DNA of 64,000 nucleotides from Syntrophorhabdaceae bacterium (GTDB lineage: Bacteria; Desulfobacterota; Syntrophorhabdia; Syntrophorhabdales; Syntrophorhabdaceae). Below the pieces are notes generated by a model. It was not told where the DNA came from and made no database searches. It worked only from the letters and a program-made list of their open reading frames with translations. A program made the position numbers and the translations under genes. Shown here one piece after another: positions 38,796 through 48,799 of the stretch. Within the stretch, counting starts at the first letter, position 1, and each line of letters opens with the position of its first letter. The stretch is from positions 5,376,001-5,440,000 of the forward strand of contig OY762209.1 in the NCBI GenBank assembly GCA_963665295.1, read 5' to 3'.

Positions 38796-41225
38796 CTAGC
38801 TTTCTTCGCGAGCCTTGGACACGAGGTCCTCGCCTTCTTTTTCCTTCTTCTTTTCCAGGGCCTCCGAAATCTCCGTAAGTCTTTTCATTACAAGGTAATT
38901 GACCGTTCCCTCCGGATAAGTCCCGTCTTCCTGCAACTCTCCCGCGCTCATACCTGTAAGTATCTCCAGGCCCTCCTCCATCTTGTCGATAGTGTATATG
39001 GAGAATTGGCCCGCCTTTACCGCTTCCATGATGTCTTCCCGGAGCATCAGATTCTTCCGGTTCCGCTTCGGTATGATCACCCCGTTGCTGCCGTCGAGGC
39101 CCCTGATCCTGCACAGGTCGAAGAACCCTTCTATCTTCTGGTTTACCCCGCCTATAGGCTGAACATCGCCGTTCTGGTCCATGGAGCCGGTCACCGCGAA
39201 GCTCTGCTTCAAAGGTACGCCGGAAATGCTGGAGAGAAGGGCATAGAGTTCCGCGCACGTGGCGCTGTCGCCCTCGATCATTTCGTAGAGCTGTTCGAAG
39301 GTGATGAACGCGGAGAGGCTTATGGGACTCTTCACCGCATATTTGGCCCCGAGGTAGCTCGATATGATGAAGATCGCCTTTTCGTGGATCTTCCCGCTCA
39401 TTTTGGTCTCCCGCTCGATGTTGACGATACCGGCCCTTCCCGTATAGGTCCTCGCCGTTATCCTCGATGGTTTCCCGAAAGCGTAATCCCCGAGGTCAAG
39501 GACAGCGAGACCATTGATCTGGCCGACCTTCTCCTTTACCGTATCGATGATAAGGGTATCTTCGAGGGTCATTTCCCTGATCCTCTCCTCGACCCGGTTC
39601 ACACGGTACACCTTCTCGGTCACTGCGGTGGTCACGTGCTCCGCCTTTATTACGTCGCTCTTCGCCTTCTTCGCCCAGTAATGGGCTTCACGGATCAGGT
39701 CGTGCACATCGCTGAACCTTGTGGAAAGCTTGTCCTGGCTGTCCGCGAATCGGGAGCTGTATTCTATGATCCTGGCCACCCCGGTCCTGTCGACGGGGAG
39801 GAGGTTCTCCTTCTTCTGGCACTCAGCCACAAAACCTGCGTACTTTTGCATGTTTTCGGCGGTGCGCTCCATCCTGCTGTCGAAATCGGCCTTCACCTTG
39901 AACAACTCCCTCGATTCCGCGTCAACGCTGTAAAGGAGATAGTAGATGTAAGGGCTGCCGGTGAGAATCACCTTGGTGTTAAGGGGGATGGACTCGGGCT
40001 TCAGCGATGCGGTGCTGATCAGCCGGTATTGTTCGAGCACGTCTTCTATCTTGATCTCCCTGTTCTTCATGGCCCTTTTCAGGGCGTCGTAAGAAAAGGC
40101 GTTCTTGAAAAGCTCCATGCTGTCTATAACCAGGTACCCGCCGTTTGCCCTGTGCATGGACCCCGCTTTTATGAGGGTGAAATCGGTGGAAGCCATACCG
40201 TAGGTAACCTTGTATTCTATCTTTCCGAAGAGGTTCAGGTACGTGGGGTTACTCTCGAAGACCACGGGGGCCCCTTTTATATCACCGTTATTCACAATCA
40301 CGTTGACCGCATATTTCAGGAAGGATGTCTCCTGTTTGGGCATCTTCAGGAAGGGCATGGGGGAAGGCTGCTCCTCGGTAGTCTTGAATTCATCAAGATG
40401 AGAGAGTATCTCCTCTTTTGCGTTGTCGAGGTAGGCGACAATCTTTTCCCTGTCCCCGTACTTGCCCTTCAGCGTTTCAATGAAGGGGCCGACGAGATCG
40501 AGACCCATCATCCTCTCAAGTTTGGTAAGCATATCCCTGACGAGCTTTTCCGCTTCCCTCAGTATCCTCACCACATCATTGAGCTTCTCCTGGAGCATCT
40601 TGCCTGTTTCTTCCATCTTCCTTCGCGCCTTCTCGTCCATGGCGTCGAACTCTTCCTTCGAAAGGATCTCGCCGTTCTCCTTCAGGGGCACGATAAGGAC
40701 GCCGCCCGGGCCCCTCTTGACGCTGAAGCCTTTCTCTTTGGCCTCTTCGTCGAGCCTGGACAGGTATTCGGTCTGCTTCTGCTGGAATTCATCGATGATT
40801 TTGCTTCTCTGCATCTCATATTCTTTTGTTTCAAAGGCCTTGGGGATCTCGATCCTCAGGGTGTTGATGAGGTCCTGCATCTCTTTCTGGAAAACCACGC
40901 CCTGACCGGGATCGAGGGATACGGCGATGGCCATGTCGGGGTCTTTGAAATTATAGACGTAACACCAGTCTTCCGGCGTCTTTTCCTCGGCTGCCTTTTC
41001 GTTGAGAAGGGTGGTGACGGTGGTCATCTTGCCTGTTCCGCTCTCCCCGAGGGCAAAGATGTTGAATCCGTCGCTATCTATGCTGAGACCGAAATCGAGG
41101 GCCTTCAATGCCTTTTCCTGGCCGATGGTCCCTCCGAAGTCTCCAATCTCCTGGGTTGTATTGAATTTGAACATTTCAGGATCGCATTTCTTGTATACAT
41201 CTTCCGGCTGTAATTTCGTGATCAT
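38796..41225 (-). CDS. Lon-type (LonC-like, soluble) AAA protease, S16 family
   Basis: GESGTGK, GSMHRANGGYL, IEGDSA (catalytic Ser), IGGVNQKIEGF (catalytic Lys). Confidence 0.9.
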   Translation of the reverse strand: MITKLQPEDVYKKCDPEMFKFNTTQEIGDFGGTIGQEKALKALDFGLSIDSDGFNIFALGESGTGKMTTVTTLLNEKAAEEKTPEDWCYVYNFKDPDMAIAVSLDPGQGVVFQKEMQDLINTLRIEIPKAFETKEYEMQRSKIIDEFQQKQTEYLSRLDEEAKEKGFSVKRGPGGVLIVPLKENGEILSKEEFDAMDEKARRKMEETGKMLQEKLNDVVRILREAEKLVRDMLTKLERMMGLDLVGPFIETLKGKYGDREKIVAYLDNAKEEILSHLDEFKTTEEQPSPMPFLKMPKQETSFLKYAVNVIVNNGDIKGAPVVFESNPTYLNLFGKIEYKVTYGMASTDFTLIKAGSMHRANGGYLVIDSMELFKNAFSYDALKRAMKNREIKIEDVLEQYRLISTASLKPESIPLNTKVILTGSPYIYYLLYSVDAESRELFKVKADFDSRMERTAENMQKYAGFVAECQKKENLLPVDRTGVARIIEYSSRFADSQDKLSTRFSDVHDLIREAHYWAKKAKSDVIKAEHVTTAVTEKVYRVNRVEERIREMTLEDTLIIDTVKEKVGQINGLAVLDLGDYAFGKPSRITARTYTGRAGIVNIERETKMSGKIHEKAIFIISSYLGAKYAVKSPISLSAFITFEQLYEMIEGDSATCAELYALLSSISGVPLKQSFAVTGSMDQNGDVQPIGGVNQKIEGFFDLCRIRGLDGSNGVIIPKRNRKNLMLREDIMEAVKAGQFSIYTIDKMEEGLEILTGMSAGELQEDGTYPEGTVNYLVMKRLTEISEALEKKKEKEGEDLVSKAREES

Positions 41226-41361
41226 CTATGCCTCCTCCTTTCTTATCCCCCTGCGGGCCTGTTCCTGGATGTAAGCACCACCCGGTTCCACCTCCTATTT
41301 AATCTAATACGTCTCCGGGTGAACCACCACATGTTTCCGCCGATATATTCTTTTTTTGTAA

Positions 41362-42123
41362 TCACCTCATCCAACTCCCGCCGGTCACGCATATGGTCTG
41401 GCCGGTCACATACTCCCCTTCGTCGGAGACGAGAAAGACAACCGTATTCGCCACGTCCTCCGGGGTGCCCTTGCGGGGGTAAGGTATATTCTCATACATG
41501 CGCTCTATCTCTTCTTCAGGGTAAAGATGGGGAATGAACTCGTTGTAGATGAAACTCGGGGCTATCGTGTTGGCCGTGATAAAGTGAGGGGCGGCTTCCA
41601 TGGCAAGGCACCTCGTGAAGGCCATCACTCCTGCCTTGGCCGCGGCATAATGGGCGTGCCCTGCCTTGAGTCCCATAAAACCGGCCACCGATGTGATGCT
41701 CACTATACGTCCCGAGTTCTGTTTCATCATGGAAGGCAGTACGGCCCTGCAGCAGTAGAAGGTCCCCCGGAGGGACGTGTTGATTACGATGTCCCACATT
41801 TCATCCGTCATGTCAACTACCTGGGAGGGCCGGTTCGTGCCTGCGTTGTTTATGAGAATGTCGATACGCCCGAACCTTTCCCCCACGGCGAGGACCATCT
41901 TCTCCACGTCGCCCCTGTCCGTTACATCGCACTTGAGACCAAGGGTCTTTACCCCGAATTCGCTCCCGATCGCCTCCGCCACTCCGGCGGACCTTTCCTC
42001 GTGAGCGTCGGTAATGACCACGTGGGCCCCTTCCCTCGCAAGCGCCCTGGCAGTACCCTGCCCGATGCCCGCGCCCGCCGCCGCGGTGACTATTGCTACT
42101 TTATCCTTCAGCCTCATGCTCAT
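41362..42123 (-). CDS. Short-chain dehydrogenase/reductase (FabG-like)
   Basis: TAAAGAGIG, NNAG, YAAAK. Confidence 0.9.
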   Translation of the reverse strand: MSMRLKDKVAIVTAAAGAGIGQGTARALAREGAHVVITDAHEERSAGVAEAIGSEFGVKTLGLKCDVTDRGDVEKMVLAVGERFGRIDILINNAGTNRPSQVVDMTDEMWDIVINTSLRGTFYCCRAVLPSMMKQNSGRIVSITSVAGFMGLKAGHAHYAAAKAGVMAFTRCLAMEAAPHFITANTIAPSFIYNEFIPHLYPEEEIERMYENIPYPRKGTPEDVANTVVFLVSDEGEYVTGQTICVTGGSWMR

Positions 42124-42280
42124 TTCCTCCCTTTCATTTTAATCATACAAAAACCTCCCGGGCGACTCAAGAAGAAAACGTGCCCCGGTCCTTCCCGGGA
42201 GCCGGGCCGTCGCAAAGCATGAGACAGATGTAAGGTCCCGGGAGGCATTTCGATCCGGCATTTCAAAATGGAGGGAATGG

Positions 42281-42320
42281 AAAAGGATGTCCCCCGGAAA
42301 ACTCCGGGGGATATCCTTTT
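42281..42320. terminator. Intrinsic terminator, potentially bidirectional
   Basis: AAAAGGATGTCCCCCGGA-AAAC-TCCGGGGGATATCCTTTT, about 25 bp downstream of the phosphoesterase stop. Confidence 0.8.
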
Positions 42321-42344
42321 AACGCCTGGGTAAAGATTTGACTA

Positions 42345-44204
42345 TCAGGGTTTCTTCTTCTGATTGACGGTAAACGTGGTCCCCCCGATTTTCAGGGTGC
42401 CTGTGCGGCCGGCGTCATATTCCGGTATGGTAAGGACCACGGACCCCTTGTTGTCCACAAAAGGTGTGGCGGTAGAGGTGATCCATTCCGCTTTGTCCGT
42501 TATTTCGGGCGCATTGCAGTAACCATAGTTCTTTGCCGTCACCCGCACGGTGATCTCTGCCCCCTTGTAACCCACGGTTTTCGTGGCGGGCGAAAGGTTG
42601 TAGACGCACGAGCCTGTCTCGAAAATGGCTCCTACTTCCTGATCGTCGCGGGGTCGCATGTTCAGCGAGCACTTACCGTGGCCTGAGCACGCCCCGGTCC
42701 AACCCGTAAAGACGGAGCCCTTATCCGGAACAGGGGTGAGGTTCACCTTGGCATTCTTCTTATAGTTCGCCGAGCACGTGAGGCCGCAGTTTATGAGGCC
42801 GTCGGACGACTTGACGGTGCCCGAGCTGAGTCCGGATGTCGTCACGGTGAGGGTCGAGAGGGTGGAGGAGAGAGGGAATGAGACCGTATCGGCAATCACC
42901 GCCAGATCATAGAGTATCACATCCGTCGAGTCACCCGTTTCAACGTAACCGATGAATATCTGCTGTGCCGTGGCAGTGTTGTTCGCCGGGTCCACCGTGA
43001 CCTTGAGGTATCCGAGTTGCTTCGTCTCCCCGTACTGGTACCATTTCGCGCGGGGCTTGCCCGGATCGATGCTGTTGAACACGCCGCCGCCGGTGCCGAC
43101 GATGAAATAGGGGATGCCCTGTACAGAATACCTCTGGTAATTATGGACGTGGCCCGCAAAATTCGCGCTGATAGGGTATTTGTGATACAGGGTCTCCCAC
43201 GGCTGAAGGTGGGGGTTGGCCACTTTGCTGCCGTAACTCCATATCGGATGGTGATGGATGGTGAAGGTTCCGAGCATATTGTTATTCAGTTGTTCCTCGA
43301 GCCATGGCACCTGGCTCTTGGCAAGGGCCAGGGACGTCTGCGGGTCATCGCCGTTGCAGACGTTACGGTCGGGGGAATCGAGGGCGACGAACCTGACGCC
43401 CGCGCAGTCGAAGGAATGGTACAGGGGATCTCCCTGGGTTATGTCGAAGGTCCGGTGGTAATGGTAGGCTTCGGTAGGGGGTCCATTAGGGTGCTCGTGA
43501 TTATGGTACTCGTGGTTTCCTATGACGTTCATGAGGGGAAACTTCGCGAGCATCCCGTCCGCGTACTGGAAATAGATGGACCAGAACTGCGTGTAGTCCC
43601 AGCTTGCGTAGTCTCCGCCGTCGAGGATGAAGAGCGGCTCCGTCTCATGTTGGGCGATGAAGTCCGCCACGTACTGGAACCGGGTCTCCTGGGCATGGGA
43701 ATCGCTGATCACGAGAAAGGTGAAGGGACCGCTCTCCGGCATGGTCCGGAACTTGCGGACAGTGAACTGGTCCGGGCTGTCCGACGGAGTCACCTTGTAC
43801 ACATATGAGGTATTCGGCGCAAGGCCCGAGATCGGCACGTGTTGATAGGCCGACGGTACCGTTGAGACCGCCGTGGCCTGAAAGGTTTTGTTCTCCTCGT
43901 AATAGGCCGCCGTTGCGTAATCCACCGAACCGGTCGCATCCTCGGCCCCGTGCCAGTTGATTGTCGCTGAGGTTGTCGCAAGTTTCGTTACATAGGGTGC
44001 CCAGTAATCCACCACCTGGGCGTTCGCAATGGCCGGGACAAGCGAGAAGAAGCAGAGGAGCATAAAGGCGGCGAAATAGCCCCACCCCTGTCGCGACAAG
44101 CGTATAGACCGGAGAAGGGGGGAAGGGAGCGGGCGGCGCACGTTGCGGCCCGGCGGTGCGTTCTTGCCGGGAATTCCTGTTGAGCGCATTTCTGTGACAG
44201 ACAT
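42345..44204 (-). CDS. Secreted metallophosphoesterase (purple acid phosphatase-like) with FN3-like and C-terminal repeat (InlB B-repeat-like) domains
   Basis: Hydrophobic signal ending ANA, SDSH, GGDY, GNHE, HHP, AGHVHNY; C-terminal FTGWTGACSG. Start uncertain. Confidence 0.82.
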   Translation of the reverse strand: MSVTEMRSTGIPGKNAPPGRNVRRPLPSPLLRSIRLSRQGWGYFAAFMLLCFFSLVPAIANAQVVDYWAPYVTKLATTSATINWHGAEDATGSVDYATAAYYEENKTFQATAVSTVPSAYQHVPISGLAPNTSYVYKVTPSDSPDQFTVRKFRTMPESGPFTFLVISDSHAQETRFQYVADFIAQHETEPLFILDGGDYASWDYTQFWSIYFQYADGMLAKFPLMNVIGNHEYHNHEHPNGPPTEAYHYHRTFDITQGDPLYHSFDCAGVRFVALDSPDRNVCNGDDPQTSLALAKSQVPWLEEQLNNNMLGTFTIHHHPIWSYGSKVANPHLQPWETLYHKYPISANFAGHVHNYQRYSVQGIPYFIVGTGGGVFNSIDPGKPRAKWYQYGETKQLGYLKVTVDPANNTATAQQIFIGYVETGDSTDVILYDLAVIADTVSFPLSSTLSTLTVTTSGLSSGTVKSSDGLINCGLTCSANYKKNAKVNLTPVPDKGSVFTGWTGACSGHGKCSLNMRPRDDQEVGAIFETGSCVYNLSPATKTVGYKGAEITVRVTAKNYGYCNAPEITDKAEWITSTATPFVDNKGSVVLTIPEYDAGRTGTLKIGGTTFTVNQKKKP

Positions 44205-44653
44205 GACAAACCTCCTGGAGTCGTTAGTGATAAAATCAGAACATGACAACTTTCGTATCTATGTATATCGCGACAAATTGAAATTACTTAATAAGAATTG
44301 TCTCATTGAAGGAGCGGAAAGAGAAACGTCGGTTACAAGCTGCTTCAAACCGGAACGCCCAAGTCGCTGATGAGTAAGCCTGTCGCTTCAATATGGGATA
44401 TGATCTCCGGATATGGTCCTATTTTCCCGGCACCCTTAGTTTGAAATAATCAAATGTGCCGCCTACCCGACCATATTACACATGCCAAACCTGCCTCACG
44501 AAGATGCCGACTATCACGACTTTTCCCCTCGCTGCACTTCGCCCCGACAACCACATCCCTGCACCCTGCCCGCCCGCTCTCGCCTGCGGCTCTTTTTATG
44601 ACTGCTGCACGAGAATATTTGACTTTTTCGTTTCTTACCGTTAAGATTAATAC

Positions 44654-44932
44654 ATGCTTGAAGATGCCATACGGAGATATGGCCTGATTATCCTTTTGTC
44701 AGCCGCGCTCTTCCAGATGGTTTTCTTAGAAGGGGGCATCCTGGGGTCTCTGAAGCTGTGGAAAGAGATCAGATCGACTAATGCGTCCATCGCGGCAGTC
44801 GAAAAGGAAAACAAACTCCTTCAAGGCGAGATCGAGAGACTTCGGAAAGACGACAAGTATCTCGAAAACATGGTAAGAGTAAAATACGGCTTTGTAAGAG
44901 AAGGCGAAAGGGTTTACAGGACTGAAAAATGA
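44654..44932 (+). CDS. ftsB: Septum formation initiator (FtsB/DivIC family)
   Basis: Single TM, coiled coil, YLENMVRVKYGFVREGE. Confidence 0.75.
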   Translation: MLEDAIRRYGLIILLSAALFQMVFLEGGILGSLKLWKEIRSTNASIAAVEKENKLLQGEIERLRKDDKYLENMVRVKYGFVREGERVYRTEK

Positions 44933-45804
44933 AGTATGAAGGATCGATTTACAGGCCGCCGAGCGAGGCGGATAGTCTTATATTGCAGGTAGCCATCGGC
45001 TGCTCCCACAACAAATGCACCTTCTGCGGGTCTTTCAAGGACAAGAAGTTCCGGGTAAGGTCTTTCGAAGAGGTGAAAGAGGATGTGGAAGAGGCGAAGC
45101 AATACGCGCGATATGTAAGAAAGGTGTTCATCGCCGACGGCGATGCCCTCATCATACCGCAAAAAATGCTCGTCCCCATCGTGGAGCTTGTGCGGGACGC
45201 CTTTCCGAAGCTTGAGAGAATAGGCGTATACGGCAACACGAAGAGCATTCTGAAAAAATCCGTGGAAGAGTTGAAGGCCCTCAAAGACCTCGGCGTCGGG
45301 ATCATTTACTTGGGCGTCGAATCGGGAGACCAGGTCATCCTGGACAGGGTGTGCAAAGGCACGGTCCTCGACAAAACCGCGGAAGCGGCAAAACGAGTCA
45401 AAGACGCGGGTATTATCCTCTCCGTGACCGTGCTCCTCGGACTGGGCGGCGTGGAGAGAAGCGCCATCCATGCGGCCGAAACGGGCAAGTTCCTGAGCAG
45501 GATCGATCCCGACTATGCGGGGGCGTTAAGCGTGATCCTGGTCCCCGGCACTCCCCTTGCGGAAGATGCAAAGAAAGGTGTCTTCAAGGTTCCCGATCCC
45601 TACCAGCTCCTTGAGGAACTCTATATAATGATCGAAAATACCAATGTGACCCACATGTTCTTCGCCTCGAACCACGCGTCGAACTACCTTCCTGTGAAGG
45701 CGTGGCTCCCTGAAGAGAAGGAAAGAGTGCTGAAGGCCATCAAGGGTGTCCTCGACAAGAAAGACCCGTCCGTCTTAAGACCGGAGTACCTGAGGGCCCT
45801 CTGA
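44929..45804 (+). CDS. Radical SAM protein
   Basis: YRPPSEA..GCSHNKCTFC (CxxxCxxC), GVESG, SNHASNY. Confidence 0.9.
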   Translation: MKYEGSIYRPPSEADSLILQVAIGCSHNKCTFCGSFKDKKFRVRSFEEVKEDVEEAKQYARYVRKVFIADGDALIIPQKMLVPIVELVRDAFPKLERIGVYGNTKSILKKSVEELKALKDLGVGIIYLGVESGDQVILDRVCKGTVLDKTAEAAKRVKDAGIILSVTVLLGLGGVERSAIHAAETGKFLSRIDPDYAGALSVILVPGTPLAEDAKKGVFKVPDPYQLLEELYIMIENTNVTHMFFASNHASNYLPVKAWLPEEKERVLKAIKGVLDKKDPSVLRPEYLRAL

Positions 45805-45805
45805 G

Positions 45806-46246
45806 ATGAACATGCCTGCGAGATCTTCGGCAACCAGCGAGGTGGCTTTCGTCGACGTACCGATACGGGTACGGTATGCGGATACGGACAAGATGGGGGT
45901 GGTCTATTACGGCAATTACCCCATATTCTTCGAGGTCGCCCGAAGCGAGTACATGAGGGAGAAGGGATTCCCCTACCGGAAATTCGAAGACATGGGATAT
46001 TACCTCATGGTCGTGAACCTCGATGCGAAATATTACCGCAATGCAAACTACGATGACCTCATCGTTGTCAAGACAAGTATGCCCGAGTTGAGGTCGCGGA
46101 GTCTGACCTTCCATTACGCAGCTTACAAAGACGGGGTGCTCCTCGTCGAAGGGAGCACAAAGCATATCTGCGTGAACGAAGACAGGAAGGCCGTGGCGAT
46201 CCCTTCCCACCTCTATGATATCCTGAAAGATGCCCGGGCCACGTAG
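45806..46246 (+). CDS. Acyl-CoA thioesterase (YbgC/FadM hotdog family)
   Basis: RVRYADTDKMGVVYYGNY..FEVAR. Confidence 0.9.
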   Translation: MNMPARSSATSEVAFVDVPIRVRYADTDKMGVVYYGNYPIFFEVARSEYMREKGFPYRKFEDMGYYLMVVNLDAKYYRNANYDDLIVVKTSMPELRSRSLTFHYAAYKDGVLLVEGSTKHICVNEDRKAVAIPSHLYDILKDARAT

Positions 46247-47297
46247 CGTTCTGGTCATAAGGCTAAGCTCCCTCGGCGATGTGCTCATGAGTATGCCTGC
46301 GGTAAAAGCCCTGAAAGACAAATTTCCCGACACCCGTATTTCGTGGCTCGTCGAAGGCTCGGTCGGCGAATTGCTCACCCACCAGCCCTTTATCGACAAG
46401 GTGATACGTTTCCCGAGAAGCGCGGCCACAGGGGCCCTGAAAAGGGGAAGACTTCTTCGTGCAAAAAGGGAGATGGGACGCTTTCTCAGGGGCCTGAGGG
46501 AAGACAGGTACGACACTATCATCGATTTTCACGGCATAATGAAGAGCACCTTCTTTTCTCTCTATGCAAAGGGGCGGAAGAGGATCGGCTTCGGGAAAAT
46601 GTACGCCAAGGAGAAGAGCCACCTTTTCTACCACGAGAAAGTGGAAGGCGTTGACAGGCGGCTCCACAAGGTAGAGCGGAATATGCTCCTCCCCCGTCAT
46701 ATCGGAACGAACGGGGTGATCCCCGAGATCGTGCTCGTGGCGCCCGGGGAAGCCGGTGCGTATATAGACCGCTTTTTCGAAAAAGAAGGGATATCGTCGC
46801 CCGTGTTCGCGGTCAATCCCTTTTCAAGCAAAGGGAGCGCCTTCAAGCGATGGGATTTGGACCGGTACGGGCAGCTTATCGGGCGGATAAGGGAAAAAGG
46901 GAACGCCCGGGTCATCATCCTCTGGGGGCCGGGAGAAAAAGAGGAGGCCGAGGCCTTGCGGAAGACAACAGGTGAAGGGGTTTATCTCGCCTGCCCCACC
47001 GATGTGCCCCAGCTTCTGGCACTGCTGAAGAAGGTGGACATGTACATAGGGGGTGACACGGGGGTCATGCACCTCGCCGCCTTCGCGGGCACGCCGGTGG
47101 TCGCCGTCTTCGGCCCTACGGATGTGCTCATCAACGGACCCTACGGCGCGCGTTGCACGGTGGTCCGGAAGGACCTTCCCTGCAGCCCGTGCAAAAACAA
47201 GAAATGTGAAAAAAGGATCTGTCTTAAGGAGATATCGGTGAACGAAGTCTACGAAGCGGTGGTTGACATGAACGAAAGAACGGGAAGAGGCTGCTAA
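46230..47297 (+). CDS. GT9 LPS heptosyltransferase (WaaC/WaaQ-like)
   Basis: IRLSSLGDV, KRW, GDTGVMHLAA..GTPVVAVFGPT. Confidence 0.88.
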   Translation: MPGPRSVLVIRLSSLGDVLMSMPAVKALKDKFPDTRISWLVEGSVGELLTHQPFIDKVIRFPRSAATGALKRGRLLRAKREMGRFLRGLREDRYDTIIDFHGIMKSTFFSLYAKGRKRIGFGKMYAKEKSHLFYHEKVEGVDRRLHKVERNMLLPRHIGTNGVIPEIVLVAPGEAGAYIDRFFEKEGISSPVFAVNPFSSKGSAFKRWDLDRYGQLIGRIREKGNARVIILWGPGEKEEAEALRKTTGEGVYLACPTDVPQLLALLKKVDMYIGGDTGVMHLAAFAGTPVVAVFGPTDVLINGPYGARCTVVRKDLPCSPCKNKKCEKRICLKEISVNEVYEAVVDMNERTGRGC

Positions 47298-48799
47298 TGC
47301 GCGTACTTTTTATCTATCCGAACCTGAATGCCCAGATAGGATTCAATTACGGGATCGCGTACATCTCGGGCGTTTTGAAGGCCCACGGCCACGAAACCTT
47401 CCTCCTCAATATAAACGATCAGACCGGCTACCCCCTTGACCTCGAAAGGATCAAGGGCGACATACTGGCCATAAAACCCGATATGATCGGCTTCTCCGTA
47501 CTCACGACCCAAAACAAGTATGCCCTTGAGATTGCGCGGAGCATCAAGACCTACTACGACGTCCCCATCATCTTCGGGGGCATCCACCCCACCATGGACC
47601 CCATGGGGACCATGGCCGAGGAAGCGGTCGATTATATCTGCGTGGGAGAAGGGGAGGACGCCTTTCTCGAAGTGGTGGAAAAGGGCAGCCCCGAAGGCAT
47701 AAGGAACATGGGATACAGGAAGGATGGCCGCGTAATAATGGAACCCCTCCGCCCGTTCAAGGATATTGCCGGTATGCCTTTCAAGGATTACGAAATCTTT
47801 GACTTTCAGCGGATGATCGACGCAAAGGACGGATGGGTGGGCCTCACCGCATCCAGGGGATGCCCCTTCAGGTGCACCTACTGCCTCAACCATAAGATCA
47901 TGGCCCTCTACAAGAAGGACGGTCACCTGCCGAAAACCTACCTGAGACGCCATACCGTTGACGAGGTGATCGGAGAGATTGAATATCTCCTTGCCCATTA
48001 CACGGGGATAAAGATGTTTATCTTCGACGACGATATCTTCACCTTCGACAAGGAGTGGCTCCATGAGTTTTCCAGGCGGTACAGGGCGATCACCGATATA
48101 GGGTTCGTCTGCAATGCCCACGCCCGCGTATTCGACAGGGAGATGGCGAAGGATCTCAAGGACGGCGGGTGCAGGATCGTAAAGTTCGGCCTCGAAAGCG
48201 GCAGCAACCGGATACGGCGGGATGTACTCAACCGTTACATGACCAACGACCATATCGCCGACGCCTTCAAGATCGCTCACGAGTTCGGCCTTCACACCTC
48301 CGCCTTCGTTATGGTAGGATTACCCCATGAAAAGGAAGAAGATATGCTGGAGACGGTGAATCTTCTCGCCCGGATACAGCCGGGACGGTTCCGCTGGACC
48401 CTTTTCTTCCCCTTCGTGGGCACCAAGGCCTATGATATCGCCGGCAAAGCCGGCATGATAGACTTCAAGAGAATCGAAGCCCTCGACAACTTCACCGACG
48501 AGACATGTATGATACTCGGAGACCGGGCGGACCTTGCCGCGGATAAGCTGAAAACACTCTTCTGTCTCTTTGTGAACGGCTATGCCGATATGGACGGAGA
48601 AGGGAAGTACCTGGGCCTTGCGAAAAGGGTGCTCGCTATGAGCAAGGATGAGTGGCGGAAAGACAAACCGAAGGTCATGGCCTCCCTCAAGGCCCTCGAT
48701 TCGGAGATGGAAAAGGCAGGAAGACCGTTTTACGGCGTAAAATACAATGCATTTATGGGTGTAAGAAGTGACTGGACGGACGATAGTTTATCTGCCTAA
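47297..48799 (+). CDS. B12-binding radical SAM protein (class B methyltransferase-like)
   Basis: GIAYISGVLK, GGIHPT, VGEGE cobalamin-binding domain; SRGCPFRCTYC; FDDDIF; GLESG. Confidence 0.9.
   Translation: MRVLFIYPNLNAQIGFNYGIAYISGVLKAHGHETFLLNINDQTGYPLDLERIKGDILAIKPDMIGFSVLTTQNKYALEIARSIKTYYDVPIIFGGIHPTMDPMGTMAEEAVDYICVGEGEDAFLEVVEKGSPEGIRNMGYRKDGRVIMEPLRPFKDIAGMPFKDYEIFDFQRMIDAKDGWVGLTASRGCPFRCTYCLNHKIMALYKKDGHLPKTYLRRHTVDEVIGEIEYLLAHYTGIKMFIFDDDIFTFDKEWLHEFSRRYRAITDIGFVCNAHARVFDREMAKDLKDGGCRIVKFGLESGSNRIRRDVLNRYMTNDHIADAFKIAHEFGLHTSAFVMVGLPHEKEEDMLETVNLLARIQPGRFRWTLFFPFVGTKAYDIAGKAGMIDFKRIEALDNFTDETCMILGDRADLAADKLKTLFCLFVNGYADMDGEGKYLGLAKRVLAMSKDEWRKDKPKVMASLKALDSEMEKAGRPFYGVKYNAFMGVRSDWTDDSLSA

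Noticed and set aside
38745..41213. 822-aa plus-strand ORF
   Set aside because: Antisense mirror of the Lon-type protease; no recognisable domain.
42150..42250. GC-rich inverted repeats (CCTCCCGGG..CCCGGGAGG) upstream of the SDR gene as a riboswitch
   Set aside because: No recognisable riboswitch consensus; short GC palindromes are expected by chance here.
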